NCBI GenBank assembly: GCA_030673425.1
Contig: DAOVJB010000001.1
Span: 1-32,288, forward strand
DNA: 32,288 nucleotides
Source of the DNA: Elusimicrobiota bacterium
GTDB lineage: Bacteria > CAYTYR01 > UBA6262 > DAOVJB01
Direction: 5' to 3'
Numbering within the stretch: position 1 is the first letter of the stretch; each line of letters starts with the position of its first letter. Below are positions 24,301 to 32,288 of this stretch, in pieces. Both the position numbers and the translations under genes were made by a program. The notes beneath the pieces were generated by a model. It made no database searches. It had not been told where the DNA came from and was given only the letters and a program-made list of their open reading frames with translations.

Positions 24301-26519
24301 ATTTTGTCCTTCCTGTTGTTGAAGGCAATCTAATATTTACTGACTTTAGGTTTAATAAATATAGGGTTGCTTCTATTACTACCGATTTTTCCTTTAAGGA
24401 CAAGACATTTAAGATTCTGAGGTTAAGAGCGGAGGAATCAGGAGGTGTATTGAAGATTTCAGAAGGCAGCGGTATAGAGTTGATTTCCGACGGTGTTTTT
24501 TCCTTTGATTTACTTGTTGACCTGAGGAATATTAATCTGGCGGGGCTGTCTCTATTCGGGGGGGTATACTTAAAAGGGAAAATAGACTCTACCGGATCAG
24601 ATACTCGGATTCTTGTCGATATTATAACTGATGGTCTGTGGATGAACGAGCATAAATTTGATAAATCAAAGCTTAAAGTATCTTACTCATCAGGTGAGCT
24701 AGAATTTTTGCCTGTTCCTAAAAACCACACTCAACTAATAGGGAAAATTAATTTCAAAGAGAAAGGAGTTTATTATTTCAAGGACATTTATGTCTTAAAA
24801 AATAACAGAAAGATTCTTATTGCCCAGGGATATATAAAGGAGAAAGACAGGATTGATTTAACAATGAAGACCGAAAACTTTGATGCGGGGGTAATAGCTG
24901 GACTAATCGGAATAAAAGTTCCGGTTGATGGAATGACTTCATTGGATTTGAAAATCTCAGGAACACAGGATAGCCCTTACCTTACGGGTAATATAGGTAT
25001 TGCGAAAGGGGGCTTTGGAAAGTTTAAGTTCGATAATTTAAGTATCGTTGCCACAGCCATGGACGGGGTTATTAACATAAAGAGGTTAAGCATTGATTTA
25101 TCAAAAGATAAGCTGAATATCGTTGGTAAAGGAGAAATACCTTTTGCTTTCACTAAAGAGGCTAAGCAAAAGATTAAAGGTCAGCAGATAAATTTGAGTC
25201 TGGATATTTTTAGAAGCAACCTGAGTATTTTAACTGATTTATCCAGTAAAATCAGAAAGGCTTCCGGGGAAATAGATGCAAAATTAGATGTGAAAGGAAC
25301 AATTGATGATCCTTTAGTGAATGGGTATATAAAACTACGGCAAGGTAAAATTACGGCTAAAGAGGTTATTAAAAAGGCTACCGATGTTGAAATAGATATT
25401 ATAATCGTAAAAAATAAAATAACGATTAACAAATTAAGTGGAAAGATTGGAGATGGATACTTAAATATAGCAGGAAATGTCAGGATAGAGAATTATTCGT
25501 TAAAAGAATTTGACGTAGAATTGGCCACATCTCGGAATGTGGGCATAAACTTGAGTATTATGGGTTTTATCCCCAAAGGTAAGCCTAAAATGAGAGTTCA
25601 TATTTACGGAAATGAGAAAATTCATTATCTTGATGGTGAAATAGAACTTGTAAATACGCATTTTACATATCCTCCACAGAAAACCAATGGGGGTGGGGGA
25701 AAGGATATTTTTGAGATAGACTTTTTTAAGAACGCCATCTGGAATTTAGAAATCCGTGCCGGAGATAATACCTGGTATGAGAATAATCTGGTAACAGCAA
25801 ATATAACAGGAGGTCTTGAGTTTAAGGGCAGGGAGGAAAATTTCAGGGTAACAGGTACGGTAGAAGCACTTAAAGGGGACGTGGAATATATGGGAGTGGA
25901 GTTTAAGATTCTGCATGCCGTGTTAGCATTTCATGATAATGTTGCTTATTTAGAAGGCAAGGGCGAAACAAAAAAGGAAGATGATATTATTACGTTAGTT
26001 ATAGAGAAGACCAGGTTAAAAGATATAAAGCCTAAATTCTATTCCCAGCAGAATCCCGAAATGAGTCAGGAGAAAGTTATAGGTTTGTTGATTTATGGAA
26101 AAGATTTTAGCGATCCGCAGCAGGATGCATTATATAAAGAAGATTTGAACAAATTCTTGCTTAGAGAGATGTTTAAGTTAGTGGATGCTAACCTGAGTAG
26201 CAGGTTTATACGTCCTATTCTAAAAGACGTTGGTTTAGATGAATTGGTTGATGTGGTGAAAGTAAAAACCATGATTGTTGAAAAGAGCACTTCTCCTGAA
26301 GAATCCATATTAGAAGGTTCGCAGCTTACTTTTGGTAAATATTTCACCAACAGAGTATACGTAAGCTATACGACGCTTTTTAAGGCGGGTTTAGCTAATA
26401 AATTAGAATTAAAACACAGGGTGGAGTTGGAATACAGGATACAGGGCAGTAAGTTCTTGAAAATGAGAATGGACAGCGAAGAGAAATTCATGGGTATTGA
26501 GAATCAGATTCGTTTTTAA
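21333..26519 (+). CDS. tamB: Translocation and assembly module protein TamB-like (AsmA-like/DUF490 giant envelope protein)
   Basis: ATG 21333 gives MRKRKRIITISVILICLLVGTYLAM, a basic stretch plus a single N-terminal TM anchor. A long repetitive beta-rich body follows. The C-terminal DUF490-like end is GKYFTNRVYVSYTT...LELEYRIQGSKFLKMRMDSEEKFMGIENQIRF. The ORF track starts at GTG 21258, but those 25 extra codons look non-coding. Confidence 0.85.
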   Translation: MRKRKRIITISVILICLLVGTYLAMRSGIFAEQFKGVAVRELEKLFSRKVHIRHIDTNFFNRINLRGVRIAKGSDFTKGDLLTIDKVSIHLNLLNFINKKPKLVDAIKSITLVKPAFELSNKEGNWNISLPLASGPEESLRLKVFIYRGQVSVEDVSGGPFDKLKLRSLKGLIDLSLPAKKHIQFTTKTSLSKKDKVSLNIDFLGDNFEADLILEKGNLSNYSKLIKFSISKYNLTEGLFDGNVSLVGNMQNFNNIVYKGKLNIKEATVQIEDVKEDISDIKAELVLENGMISSNKITAKLGKYPFTLRGNVLGFESDISLDLELDFPDAEYDLLTELADSIASIGEIYTLGQGSFDCRVKGPLDDLSVDGRVKIIKGEVLKEKVSDLTAKFQYQNKLFSLLSLSTGFYKGRMSVSGTVGVSKKPAVLNFDLRAENVDLPGYLRLAENQKDVKGRATLIGKVTGNVFAPLLQAKVTSNSLYLMKYEIPILEGKLKYHKDELLINTYTTDRKYKVDTTLYLRKDSISVKEFSVSWDKSMLNIEGVIDLKNKNMDLDIKTSGLKAEDFPPVKKYYKDLTGEFSFSGKLKGKLDDLAVSGKILSEDLLLAKKKVSLFADFTFSGKALDIASLEINKAYKAKGKIIFSDMPDSPYLDVDISVEDGQLYILGVLCRIGKASDENIKGIIDGNLRLKGPFRDLTGGGEIKLQKTTVWDRRIENLHSSFAIYNNKLDIAKFILQQNGGKIKGTAQFGIKADSINEFNLDLDLEEFMFEEILFAGDLNVKGTLGYGDKKEAKAILLTSGLKINNQPQEIKARLTYEDKILYISPVSSKDNYTFTGDINFKQEPEMDVKLNIKNVSVGHLLRLVKVSGVDEFTGNLNGYVRFKGSLRNPELIGNVDINKGNLRNFEFDKLKVLLLFKDNILFLKEVKGTSKKGKFLVRGNINFDKAEQQLDLAIEMEDMELKSLSNAYLPRLKEPVDARLNGAFKVTGNFVLPVVEGNLIFTDFRFNKYRVASITTDFSFKDKTFKILRLRAEESGGVLKISEGSGIELISDGVFSFDLLVDLRNINLAGLSLFGGVYLKGKIDSTGSDTRILVDIITDGLWMNEHKFDKSKLKVSYSSGELEFLPVPKNHTQLIGKINFKEKGVYYFKDIYVLKNNRKILIAQGYIKEKDRIDLTMKTENFDAGVIAGLIGIKVPVDGMTSLDLKISGTQDSPYLTGNIGIAKGGFGKFKFDNLSIVATAMDGVINIKRLSIDLSKDKLNIVGKGEIPFAFTKEAKQKIKGQQINLSLDIFRSNLSILTDLSSKIRKASGEIDAKLDVKGTIDDPLVNGYIKLRQGKITAKEVIKKATDVEIDIIIVKNKITINKLSGKIGDGYLNIAGNVRIENYSLKEFDVELATSRNVGINLSIMGFIPKGKPKMRVHIYGNEKIHYLDGEIELVNTHFTYPPQKTNGGGGKDIFEIDFFKNAIWNLEIRAGDNTWYENNLVTANITGGLEFKGREENFRVTGTVEALKGDVEYMGVEFKILHAVLAFHDNVAYLEGKGETKKEDDIITLVIEKTRLKDIKPKFYSQQNPEMSQEKVIGLLIYGKDFSDPQQDALYKEDLNKFLLREMFKLVDANLSSRFIRPILKDVGLDELVDVVKVKTMIVEKSTSPEESILEGSQLTFGKYFTNRVYVSYTTLFKAGLANKLELKHRVELEYRIQGSKFLKMRMDSEEKFMGIENQIRF

Positions 26520-26530
26520 GACCCGTGACC

Positions 26531-26564
26531 CCTGACCCCCGCCACTAAAGATTTGGCGGGCAGG
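26531..26564 (+). terminator. GC-rich stem-loop downstream of tamB (candidate terminator or RNA-stability element; no U-tract)
   Basis: CCUG-(ACC bulge)-CCCGCCA / UGGCGGG-CAGG makes 11 bp in total around a 9-nt loop. It starts 12 nt after the tamB stop and is followed by CUUGACCCG rather than a U run. Confidence 0.4.
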
Positions 26565-26597
26565 CTTGACCCGAGCGATGAGTTACGAAGAAATTGG

Positions 26598-26626
26598 TTG
26601 GTAAAACAATTTTTTTGTGGTACAAT
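26598..26626 (+). promoter_or_regulatory. Candidate extended -10 promoter of the rpsF-ssb-rpsR-rplI cluster
   Basis: TTGGTA (26598-26603), a 17-nt spacer, then TGgTACAAT (-10 at 26621-26626), ~36 nt upstream of the rpsF GTG. Confidence 0.45.
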
Positions 26627-26662
26627 AAATAAAAATTTGCTTTTTAAGGGAGGTGTAAAGGA

Positions 26663-27016
26663 GTGAGTACCTATGAAACTATTGTTGTTTTTAAGACTAA
26701 ATTATCCGGTGAAGAAATAGACAAAGCAACTTCTAAAATAGAAGAAATAATTACATCTGGCAATGGTAGAGTTATCTCAATAGATAAATGGGGTATAAAA
26801 AAGTTGCAAAGTGATGTTAAGAAGCAGAAAGAAGGATTTTATGTATATATTAAGTTTGACGGACCCGGTGATTTAGTCTCAACTCTTGCTAAAAGCTATC
26901 GGGTAACTGACACCATTGTTAAGTTCTTGACTACAAGAGTAGAGCAAAAGAAAGAACCCAAACCTGACAAGGTTCAGGTACCTAAAAATACTCAGGAAAC
27001 TTCTTCAGGTAACTGA
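26663..27016 (+). CDS. rpsF: 30S ribosomal protein S6
   Basis: GTG start after AAGGGAGGTG. YETIVVFKTKLSGEE... and WGIKKL fit the S6 pattern, as does the conserved rpsF-ssb-rpsR-rplI order. Confidence 0.95.
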   Translation: MSTYETIVVFKTKLSGEEIDKATSKIEEIITSGNGRVISIDKWGIKKLQSDVKKQKEGFYVYIKFDGPGDLVSTLAKSYRVTDTIVKFLTTRVEQKKEPKPDKVQVPKNTQETSSGN

Positions 27017-27044
27017 GTGATAATATACCAGGGAGGCGATAAAA

Positions 27045-27470
27045 GTGGTAAGTGAGAATAAAGTATTAATAATAGGTAATCTAACCAGGGATCCTGAATT
27101 GCGCTACACACCCAACGGACAGGCTGTAGCGGGGTTCACAGTAGCTGTAAATAGGCGGTACAAGAATAACATGACAGGTGAGACAGTTGAAAAAACAGAT
27201 TTTATTCCTGTCGAGGTTTGGAGAAAGCAGGCTGAAAGTTGCAAGCAATATTTAGCCAAAGGAAGTTCTGTCTATGTTGAAGGTAGGCTGCAGACTGATT
27301 CTTGGGAGACGGAGGATGGGTCGAAACGAAGCAAACTGAAAGTTGTTGCTCAAAGGGTTCAATTTCTAAATAGGCCGGGAAGAAGCAAGACTGAGAGTGA
27401 AAAAGTAGCCGTAAGTTCTGAGGAATTTGAACCTGATTCAGCTGGAACGAATGAGGATGTACCATTTTAG
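27045..27470 (+). CDS. ssb: Single-stranded DNA-binding protein
   Basis: GTG start after AGGGAGG. OB fold NKVLIIGNLTRDPELRYTPNGQAVAGFTVAVNR. Acidic C-terminal tip NEDVPF. Confidence 0.95.
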   Translation: MVSENKVLIIGNLTRDPELRYTPNGQAVAGFTVAVNRRYKNNMTGETVEKTDFIPVEVWRKQAESCKQYLAKGSSVYVEGRLQTDSWETEDGSKRSKLKVVAQRVQFLNRPGRSKTESEKVAVSSEEFEPDSAGTNEDVPF

Positions 27471-27508
27471 ACCTGATATTAAGAATAAACTTTAACAGGG
27501 GGTAATTA

Positions 27509-27769
27509 ATGGAGAATAAACCAAGGTATAAATTCAGGAAGAAGAGAGGATTTTCCAGGGGTGCATTTAGAAAAAAAGTCTGCCGTTTTTGCACTAATAA
27601 AATAGCTATAGACTATAAAAAAATAGATATGTTGAAGAGTTTTACCACTGAAAGGGGAAAAATTATTCCCCGTCGTATTACCGGAAACTGTGCTCTTCAT
27701 CAAAGGCGTTTAGCTATTGCTATTAAAAGGGCAAGAGAAATAGGTTTGTTATCGATTACAGGTGTATGA
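27509..27769 (+). CDS. rpsR: 30S ribosomal protein S18
   Basis: CRFC...[48 protein letters not shown] is the canonical S18 core. Confidence 0.95.
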   Translation: MENKPRYKFRKKRGFSRGAFRKKVCRFCTNKIAIDYKKIDMLKSFTTERGKIIPRRITGNCALHQRRLAIAIKRAREIGLLSITGV

Positions 27770-27810
27770 ACAGTTGTGCGGAATTAATTATCAGGTTGGA
27801 GGAGTCTAAA

Positions 27811-28275
27811 GTGAAGATAATTCTTAAAGAGGATGTAAAAAATTTAGGTAGACAGGGTGATACAATACAGGTTGCTATAGGTTATGCCAGGAATTACCTG
27901 TTTCCGCGTAATTTAGCAATAGAGGCTAGCGATGAAAATTTGAAAGGCCTTGAGCAGGAAAATAGATTAAAGGTAAAAAAACAAGAAAAAGTAATAAAAG
28001 AAGCTCAGAAGCTGGCAACAAAGATTGAAAAAATATCATGCACGATTCTGGTAAAAGTTGGCGAGACAGAGAAGATGTTCGGGCAGGTTAATGCTAATGA
28101 TATTGCTGATTCCTTAGCATCTAAGGATGTTGAGATAGATAAGAAAATGATTCTTCTCCAAGAGCCTATACGGGAATTAGGGGTTTATACTGTGCCTGTG
28201 AAGCTCTATACAGATGAAAGTCAGCCGGATAAAAAAGTAATAGCCAAATTGAAAGTCTGGGTTGTAAAAGAGTAA
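27811..28275 (+). CDS. rplI: 50S ribosomal protein L9
   Basis: GTG 27811 follows GGAGGAG and gives MKIILKEDVKNLGRQGDTIQVAIGYARNYLFPRNLA, the canonical L9 N-terminus. The track's ATG 27766 adds 15 atypical residues and overlaps rpsR. Confidence 0.93.
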   Translation: MKIILKEDVKNLGRQGDTIQVAIGYARNYLFPRNLAIEASDENLKGLEQENRLKVKKQEKVIKEAQKLATKIEKISCTILVKVGETEKMFGQVNANDIADSLASKDVEIDKKMILLQEPIRELGVYTVPVKLYTDESQPDKKVIAKLKVWVVKE

Positions 28276-28297
28276 AATTGTATTTTGGGAGTTAGTT

Positions 28298-29635
28298 ATG
28301 GTTGATGTAGTTGAAAAAGTCCCTCCTCAAAATTTAGAAGCAGAAAAAGCTGCTTTAGGTGCTATGCTTGTAGAAAAAGAAGCTATAATCGATGCTATAG
28401 AAGTTATAGAAGCAAAACACTTTTACAAAGAAATCCATCAGAAGATTTTTGAGGTTATAGTGGGTTTGTTCGATAAAAATGAACCTGTAGATATAACCAC
28501 TCTCTCGGAGGAGCTGAAAAAGAAAAAATTACTAAAAAGTATAGGCGGGGCTGCGTATTTAACAAGCCTGATTGATAGTGTTCCCACCGCTGCCAATATA
28601 GACTATTATGCAAAAATTATCAGGGAGAAAAGCATTCTCAGGTCTTTAATAAACGTATCTACTGATATCTTACATGAAACTTATATGGCTGAAGAAGATG
28701 CGGATACGATGTTAGATAAGGCTGAGCAGAAGATCTTTGACCTGTCGGAGAATAAGATTTCCAAGGGATTTATTCCTATAAAAGATATGATTCATGACAG
28801 TATTGATTTAATTGACCAATTATACCAGAAAAAAGAACATGTTACCGGGCTTGCTACAGGTTTTAGGGATTTTGACACACAGACTGCTGGTTTACATCCG
28901 TCAAACCTGGTCATTATTGCCGGGGCCACATCCATGGGAAAAACCAGTTTTTGCCTTAATGTTGCTGCTCATGTAGGCCTTGAGGAAAAAAAGCCCGTTG
29001 CAATTTTTAGTTTAGAAATGTCACGTGAAGAATTATTATTGCGTATGTTATGTTCTGAGGCGAGAATAGGTCTTCATAAAGTAAGGACAGGGTTCTTAGG
29101 GAAGAATGATTTTACCTATTTAACCAATGCTGCTTCACGTTTATCCGAAGCACCTATATATGTTGATGATAGTACTCCTCTATCGGTTTTAGAGATGAAA
29201 GCTAAGGCCAGGCGCCTTAAATCAGAGAGGGGTCTGAGTTTGATAATTATTGATTATTTACAATTAGTTCATTCTCGTGGAAAAACAGAAAACAGGCAGC
29301 AGGAGATAGCAGAAATTTCAAGATCTTTGAAAGGTTTATCAAAAGAGTTGAAAGTACCGGTTATAGCGCTTTCACAGCTGTCCAGGCAGGTAGAAAAGAG
29401 GAAGGATTACAGACCTCAGCTTTCAGACCTAAGGGAATCAGGTGCTATTGAGCAGGATGCGGATTTGGTAGCCTTCATTTTTAGGGAAGAGTATTATGAA
29501 AGAGAAAAACCAGACGTTGAAGGAATCGCTGATATTATTATTGCTAAACAGAGGAGTGGTCCTACAGGAACTATTAAGATGGCGTTCATTAAGGAGTATA
29601 CACGTTTTGATAACTTAGCTAAGACAAGAGAATAA
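28298..29635 (+). CDS. dnaB: Replicative DNA helicase DnaB
   Basis: PPQNLEAEKAALGAML N-terminus, Walker A GATSMGKTSF, IIIDYLQL, SRSLKGLSKELKVPVIALSQLSR, IAKQRSGPTG. No intein-sized insertion. Confidence 0.96.
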   Translation: MVDVVEKVPPQNLEAEKAALGAMLVEKEAIIDAIEVIEAKHFYKEIHQKIFEVIVGLFDKNEPVDITTLSEELKKKKLLKSIGGAAYLTSLIDSVPTAANIDYYAKIIREKSILRSLINVSTDILHETYMAEEDADTMLDKAEQKIFDLSENKISKGFIPIKDMIHDSIDLIDQLYQKKEHVTGLATGFRDFDTQTAGLHPSNLVIIAGATSMGKTSFCLNVAAHVGLEEKKPVAIFSLEMSREELLLRMLCSEARIGLHKVRTGFLGKNDFTYLTNAASRLSEAPIYVDDSTPLSVLEMKAKARRLKSERGLSLIIIDYLQLVHSRGKTENRQQEIAEISRSLKGLSKELKVPVIALSQLSRQVEKRKDYRPQLSDLRESGAIEQDADLVAFIFREEYYEREKPDVEGIADIIIAKQRSGPTGTIKMAFIKEYTRFDNLAKTRE

Positions 29636-29650
29636 AAAGACGGAGGAAAA

Positions 29651-30808
29651 ATGAGTTTTTACAGACCTACCTGGGCAGAGGTTGATTTAGGGGCCCTTGA
29701 TTATAATATAACTCAGATAAATAAAAAAATAAATAATAATGCTAAAATTTTGGCGATGGTAAAAGCTGATGCATACGGGCACGGAGCGGAAGAGGTTGTA
29801 AAAACCTTACTTAAACAAAAATCTAACAGTCAGGCATCTATATCCATGCTTGGTGTAGCTTTGATTGAAGAAGGAATTCAATTACGTCAGGCAGGCTTTG
29901 GTGATATTCCCATTTTAATTTTAGGAAGCATATATCCTTTTGAGAATTTTTCTCAGGTTGTTGAATATGACCTGACGCCTACAATTTGTAGTTTGGAGTC
30001 CGCACAGTTTCTTTCTAAGATAGCCAGGGCTTCCGATAAGAAAGTTAAGGTTCATATAGAAATAGACACAGGTATGGGAAGAATCGGAATTTCTTCAGGT
30101 AGTGCTTTCTCACTCATAGAGAAAGTTTTAGAGTTGGAATATCTTGAGATAGAAGGTATTTACACACATTTTGCAGCGGCGGATAGCGAGCCTGATTTCA
30201 CTGAAAAACAGATAGATGATTTTAACAAGATACTTAAAAGGCTTGATAAAGCAGATATCAATATACCTCTTGTGCATATGGCTAATAGTGCGGCCATGTT
30301 GAAATATAAAACGTCACATTTCAATTTAGTCCGTCCGGGATTGGCTATGTATGGATTACTTCCTTTTCCGACGGCCTTGAAGTATATTAACTTAAAACCG
30401 GTCTTTAAGCTGAAAACAAAGGTGGTTTATCTGAAGAAAGTTCCCATACGCACAAGCATAAGTTATGGAAGAACATTTATAACAAAAAGAGACTCGATGA
30501 TTGCTACTATTCCTGTCGGCTATGCTGATGGCTATAACCGCCTGCTTTCCAGTAAAGGGGAGGTTTTAATTCAAGGGAAAAGAGCTCCTGTAATCGGGCG
30601 GGTCTGTATGGATATGTGTATGGTGGATGTGACTGATATCTCCAGGGTAAAAATAGGCGATGAAGTTGTATTGATAGGACAGCAGGGCAAGGAGACTATT
30701 TTAGTTGAGGAAATAGCTGATAAATTAGGGACCATTTCTTATGAAGTAGTCTCTATGATAACAAAACGTGTCCACAGAATATACATAAATAGTAATCAAG
30801 GGAAGTAA
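29651..30808 (+). CDS. alr: Alanine racemase
   Basis: PLP-lysine motif MVKADAYGHG. THFAAAD, GYADGY, VCMDM motifs. Confidence 0.95.
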   Translation: MSFYRPTWAEVDLGALDYNITQINKKINNNAKILAMVKADAYGHGAEEVVKTLLKQKSNSQASISMLGVALIEEGIQLRQAGFGDIPILILGSIYPFENFSQVVEYDLTPTICSLESAQFLSKIARASDKKVKVHIEIDTGMGRIGISSGSAFSLIEKVLELEYLEIEGIYTHFAAADSEPDFTEKQIDDFNKILKRLDKADINIPLVHMANSAAMLKYKTSHFNLVRPGLAMYGLLPFPTALKYINLKPVFKLKTKVVYLKKVPIRTSISYGRTFITKRDSMIATIPVGYADGYNRLLSSKGEVLIQGKRAPVIGRVCMDMCMVDVTDISRVKIGDEVVLIGQQGKETILVEEIADKLGTISYEVVSMITKRVHRIYINSNQGK

Positions 30809-30810
30809 CA

Positions 30811-31653
30811 ATGGATCTAAATAATCTCAACAAAAAAATAGATCTTAAAAAAGAATTAAAAACCCCTGCGAAAGTTATTCCATTTATAGGTAGGAAAATT
30901 GCTGTCTTCGGCCAGCATATGGGAAGGTTAGCCATTTTATTTCACCAGATTATTAAGTGGATGTTTACCAAACCCATAGAATTTAAGAATATCTATCATC
31001 AGATGGTTGAAATCGGAGTAAATTCATTACCTGTAACCTCTCTTACCGCATTATTTACAGGTATGGTATTAGCTTTGCAGACAGGAAGTGCGTCTAAGAA
31101 TATACTTAATGAACCTCTTTATGTTGGTACAGCCGTAGCTTTTTCTATGGTTAAGGAATTGGGTCCGGTCTTGACCTCTATTGTAATCTCCGGAAGGGTA
31201 GGTGCATCCATAGCCGCAGAGTTGGGAACGATGAAGGTTACAGAGCAAATAGATGCATTGCATACGCTTGGAACAAATCCGGTTAAATATTTAGTCGTTC
31301 CCCGCTTTATATCATGTATGATTATGCTTCCTATTCTAGCTTTATATGCTGATATTATAGGGATTATGGGAGGTTTTGTAGTAAGCGTTTATAAATTGGG
31401 AGTACCTTCTTCTGTTTATTACCATGACATAATTGATTTTATGGGTATGGATGATGTTTTTCACGGTTTTATTAAATGTTTTTTCTTCGCTTTTATTATT
31501 ATTATGGTTAGTTGTTATAAGGGATTTTCCACAGAGGGCGGTGCGGAAGGAGTAGGAAAGTCTACCACTCAGACTGTTGTAATTTCCATGGTTCTGATCC
31601 TGGTTTCAGATTATTTTATAACAGCAGTGTTACAGATGATAGGTATTGGATAA
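30811..31653 (+). CDS. mlaE: Phospholipid/lipid ABC transporter permease MlaE (YrbE family)
   Basis: QMVEIGVNSLPVTSLTALFTGMVLALQTG, ELGPVLTSIVISGRVGASIAAELGTMKVTEQIDAL, and adjacency to an MlaF-like ATPase. Confidence 0.9.
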   Translation: MDLNNLNKKIDLKKELKTPAKVIPFIGRKIAVFGQHMGRLAILFHQIIKWMFTKPIEFKNIYHQMVEIGVNSLPVTSLTALFTGMVLALQTGSASKNILNEPLYVGTAVAFSMVKELGPVLTSIVISGRVGASIAAELGTMKVTEQIDALHTLGTNPVKYLVVPRFISCMIMLPILALYADIIGIMGGFVVSVYKLGVPSSVYYHDIIDFMGMDDVFHGFIKCFFFAFIIIMVSCYKGFSTEGGAEGVGKSTTQTVVISMVLILVSDYFITAVLQMIGIG

Positions 31654-31669
31654 AAATTTAAGGGATTTT

Positions 31670-32288
31670 ATGATTAAAATAATAGATTTACATAAAAGTT
31701 TCGGGGAACATAAGGTTCTAAGTGGGATTAATCTCCAGATAAAAGATGGCGAAACAATAGTTATTATAGGGAGGAGTGGCGAGGGTAAGAGTGTATTGTT
31801 AAAGCATATCGTTGGGTTGCTCAAACCTGATAAAGGATCAGTACAGATAAACGGAGAGGACATAACCAGGATGGATGAAAAGCATCTATCGGAGGTACAA
31901 AAAAGATTCGGTATGCTTTTCCAAAGTGCAGCTCTTTTTGATTCTTTGACAGTAAGGGATAATGTTGGTTTTGGACTACGTAACAATTCTCATGTAACAA
32001 AAGACCAGATAGACAAAGTGGTGGAAGAGAAATTATCTTTGGTAGGACTTGAAGGTATAGAAAATCTAAAACCCGCAGATTTATCAGGTGGCATGAAAAA
32101 ACGAGTGGGGTTAGCAAGAGCTATTGCTGCTAATCCTGACTTTATATTATATGATGAACCCACAACAGGGATTGACCCTATTATGGGTGATATAATTAAT
32201 GATTTAATTCTAGACCTGAAGGCTAAGCTAAAGATTACATCTATTGCTGTAACCCATGATATGGTCAGTGCTTATAAGATTGCTGATA
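31670..32288 (+). CDS. mlaF: ABC transporter ATP-binding protein MlaF-like, N-terminal part (3' end outside window)
   Basis: Not in the ORF track because no stop is reached. ATG 31670 after AAGGGA gives MIKIIDLHKSFGEHKVLSGINLQIKDGETIVIIGRSGEGKSVLLKHI (Walker A), LSGGMKKRVGLARA (signature) and ILYDEPTTGIDP (Walker B). Confidence 0.88.
   Translation, partial: MIKIIDLHKSFGEHKVLSGINLQIKDGETIVIIGRSGEGKSVLLKHIVGLLKPDKGSVQINGEDITRMDEKHLSEVQKRFGMLFQSAALFDSLTVRDNVGFGLRNNSHVTKDQIDKVVEEKLSLVGLEGIENLKPADLSGGMKKRVGLARAIAANPDFILYDEPTTGIDPIMGDIINDLILDLKAKLKITSIAVTHDMVSAYKIAD

Noticed and set aside
26627-26662. Possible S6:S18-binding rpsF leader RNA upstream of rpsF.
   Set aside because: The stretch between the candidate promoter and the GTG is ~36 nt, AT-rich and unstructured. 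Only the upstream GC-rich island is structured, and I cannot match that to the leader by eye. It is reported separately as a low-interest finding.
27766-27810. ATG 27766 as the rplI start (overlapping rpsR).
   Set aside because: GTG 27811 follows a strong GGAGGAG RBS and yields the canonical L9 N-terminus MKIILKEDVKNLG. The 15 extra residues have no counterpart in L9.
1-32288. Scan for CRISPR repeats, IS or transposase genes, integrases, inverted terminal repeats, toxin-antitoxin pairs and defence-system genes. I also considered DinG as a defence-associated helicase.
   Set aside because: No periodic repeat arrays, no transposase or integrase-like ORFs and no small paired ORFs were seen. The DinG-like gene sits in a housekeeping-type operon with no nuclease or Cas neighbours.

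Overview
AT-rich, gene-dense bacterial chromosomal window with 28 credible CDSs, two of them cut by the window edges. I found no rRNA, tRNA, CRISPR array or IS element by eye. Lol, TamB and Mla genes imply a diderm envelope, and they sit beside a Firmicute-style mcsA-mcsB-clpC module, so this is probably an uncultivated diderm lineage. I cannot assign taxonomy from sequence alone. Most of the window is housekeeping: yjbQ-nadC-birA-PPIase, lysS-lolCD-mcsAB-clpC-tamB, and rpsF-ssb-rpsR-rplI-dnaB-alr-mlaEF. The unusual part is about 3.9-13.6 kb, where several cyclic-di-GMP sensing devices surround type IV pilus (T4P) or pseudopilus components. (1) A PilT retraction ATPase carries an N-terminal PilZ domain with intact RxxxR and DxSxxG motifs. 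(2) A response regulator combines REC, four 24-residue MshEN-like repeats and a CheX-like C-terminus. (3) A YajQ-family protein is start/stop-overlapped with a DinG-like Fe-S helicase. (4) On the opposite strand, a consensus sigma70 promoter is followed by a GEMM-I (c-di-GMP-I) riboswitch-like leader with an intrinsic terminator. That leader precedes a three-gene GspI/J/K-like (PilV/W/X-like) minor-pilin operon. Its first gene encodes a 742-aa giant pilin whose C-terminal ~600 aa look like repeated carboxypeptidase-regulatory-type beta-sandwich domains. I propose this as a c-di-GMP-gated pilus tip-adhesin and retraction module. Every call rests on reading motifs in the sequence and translations; no database search or folding computation was run.
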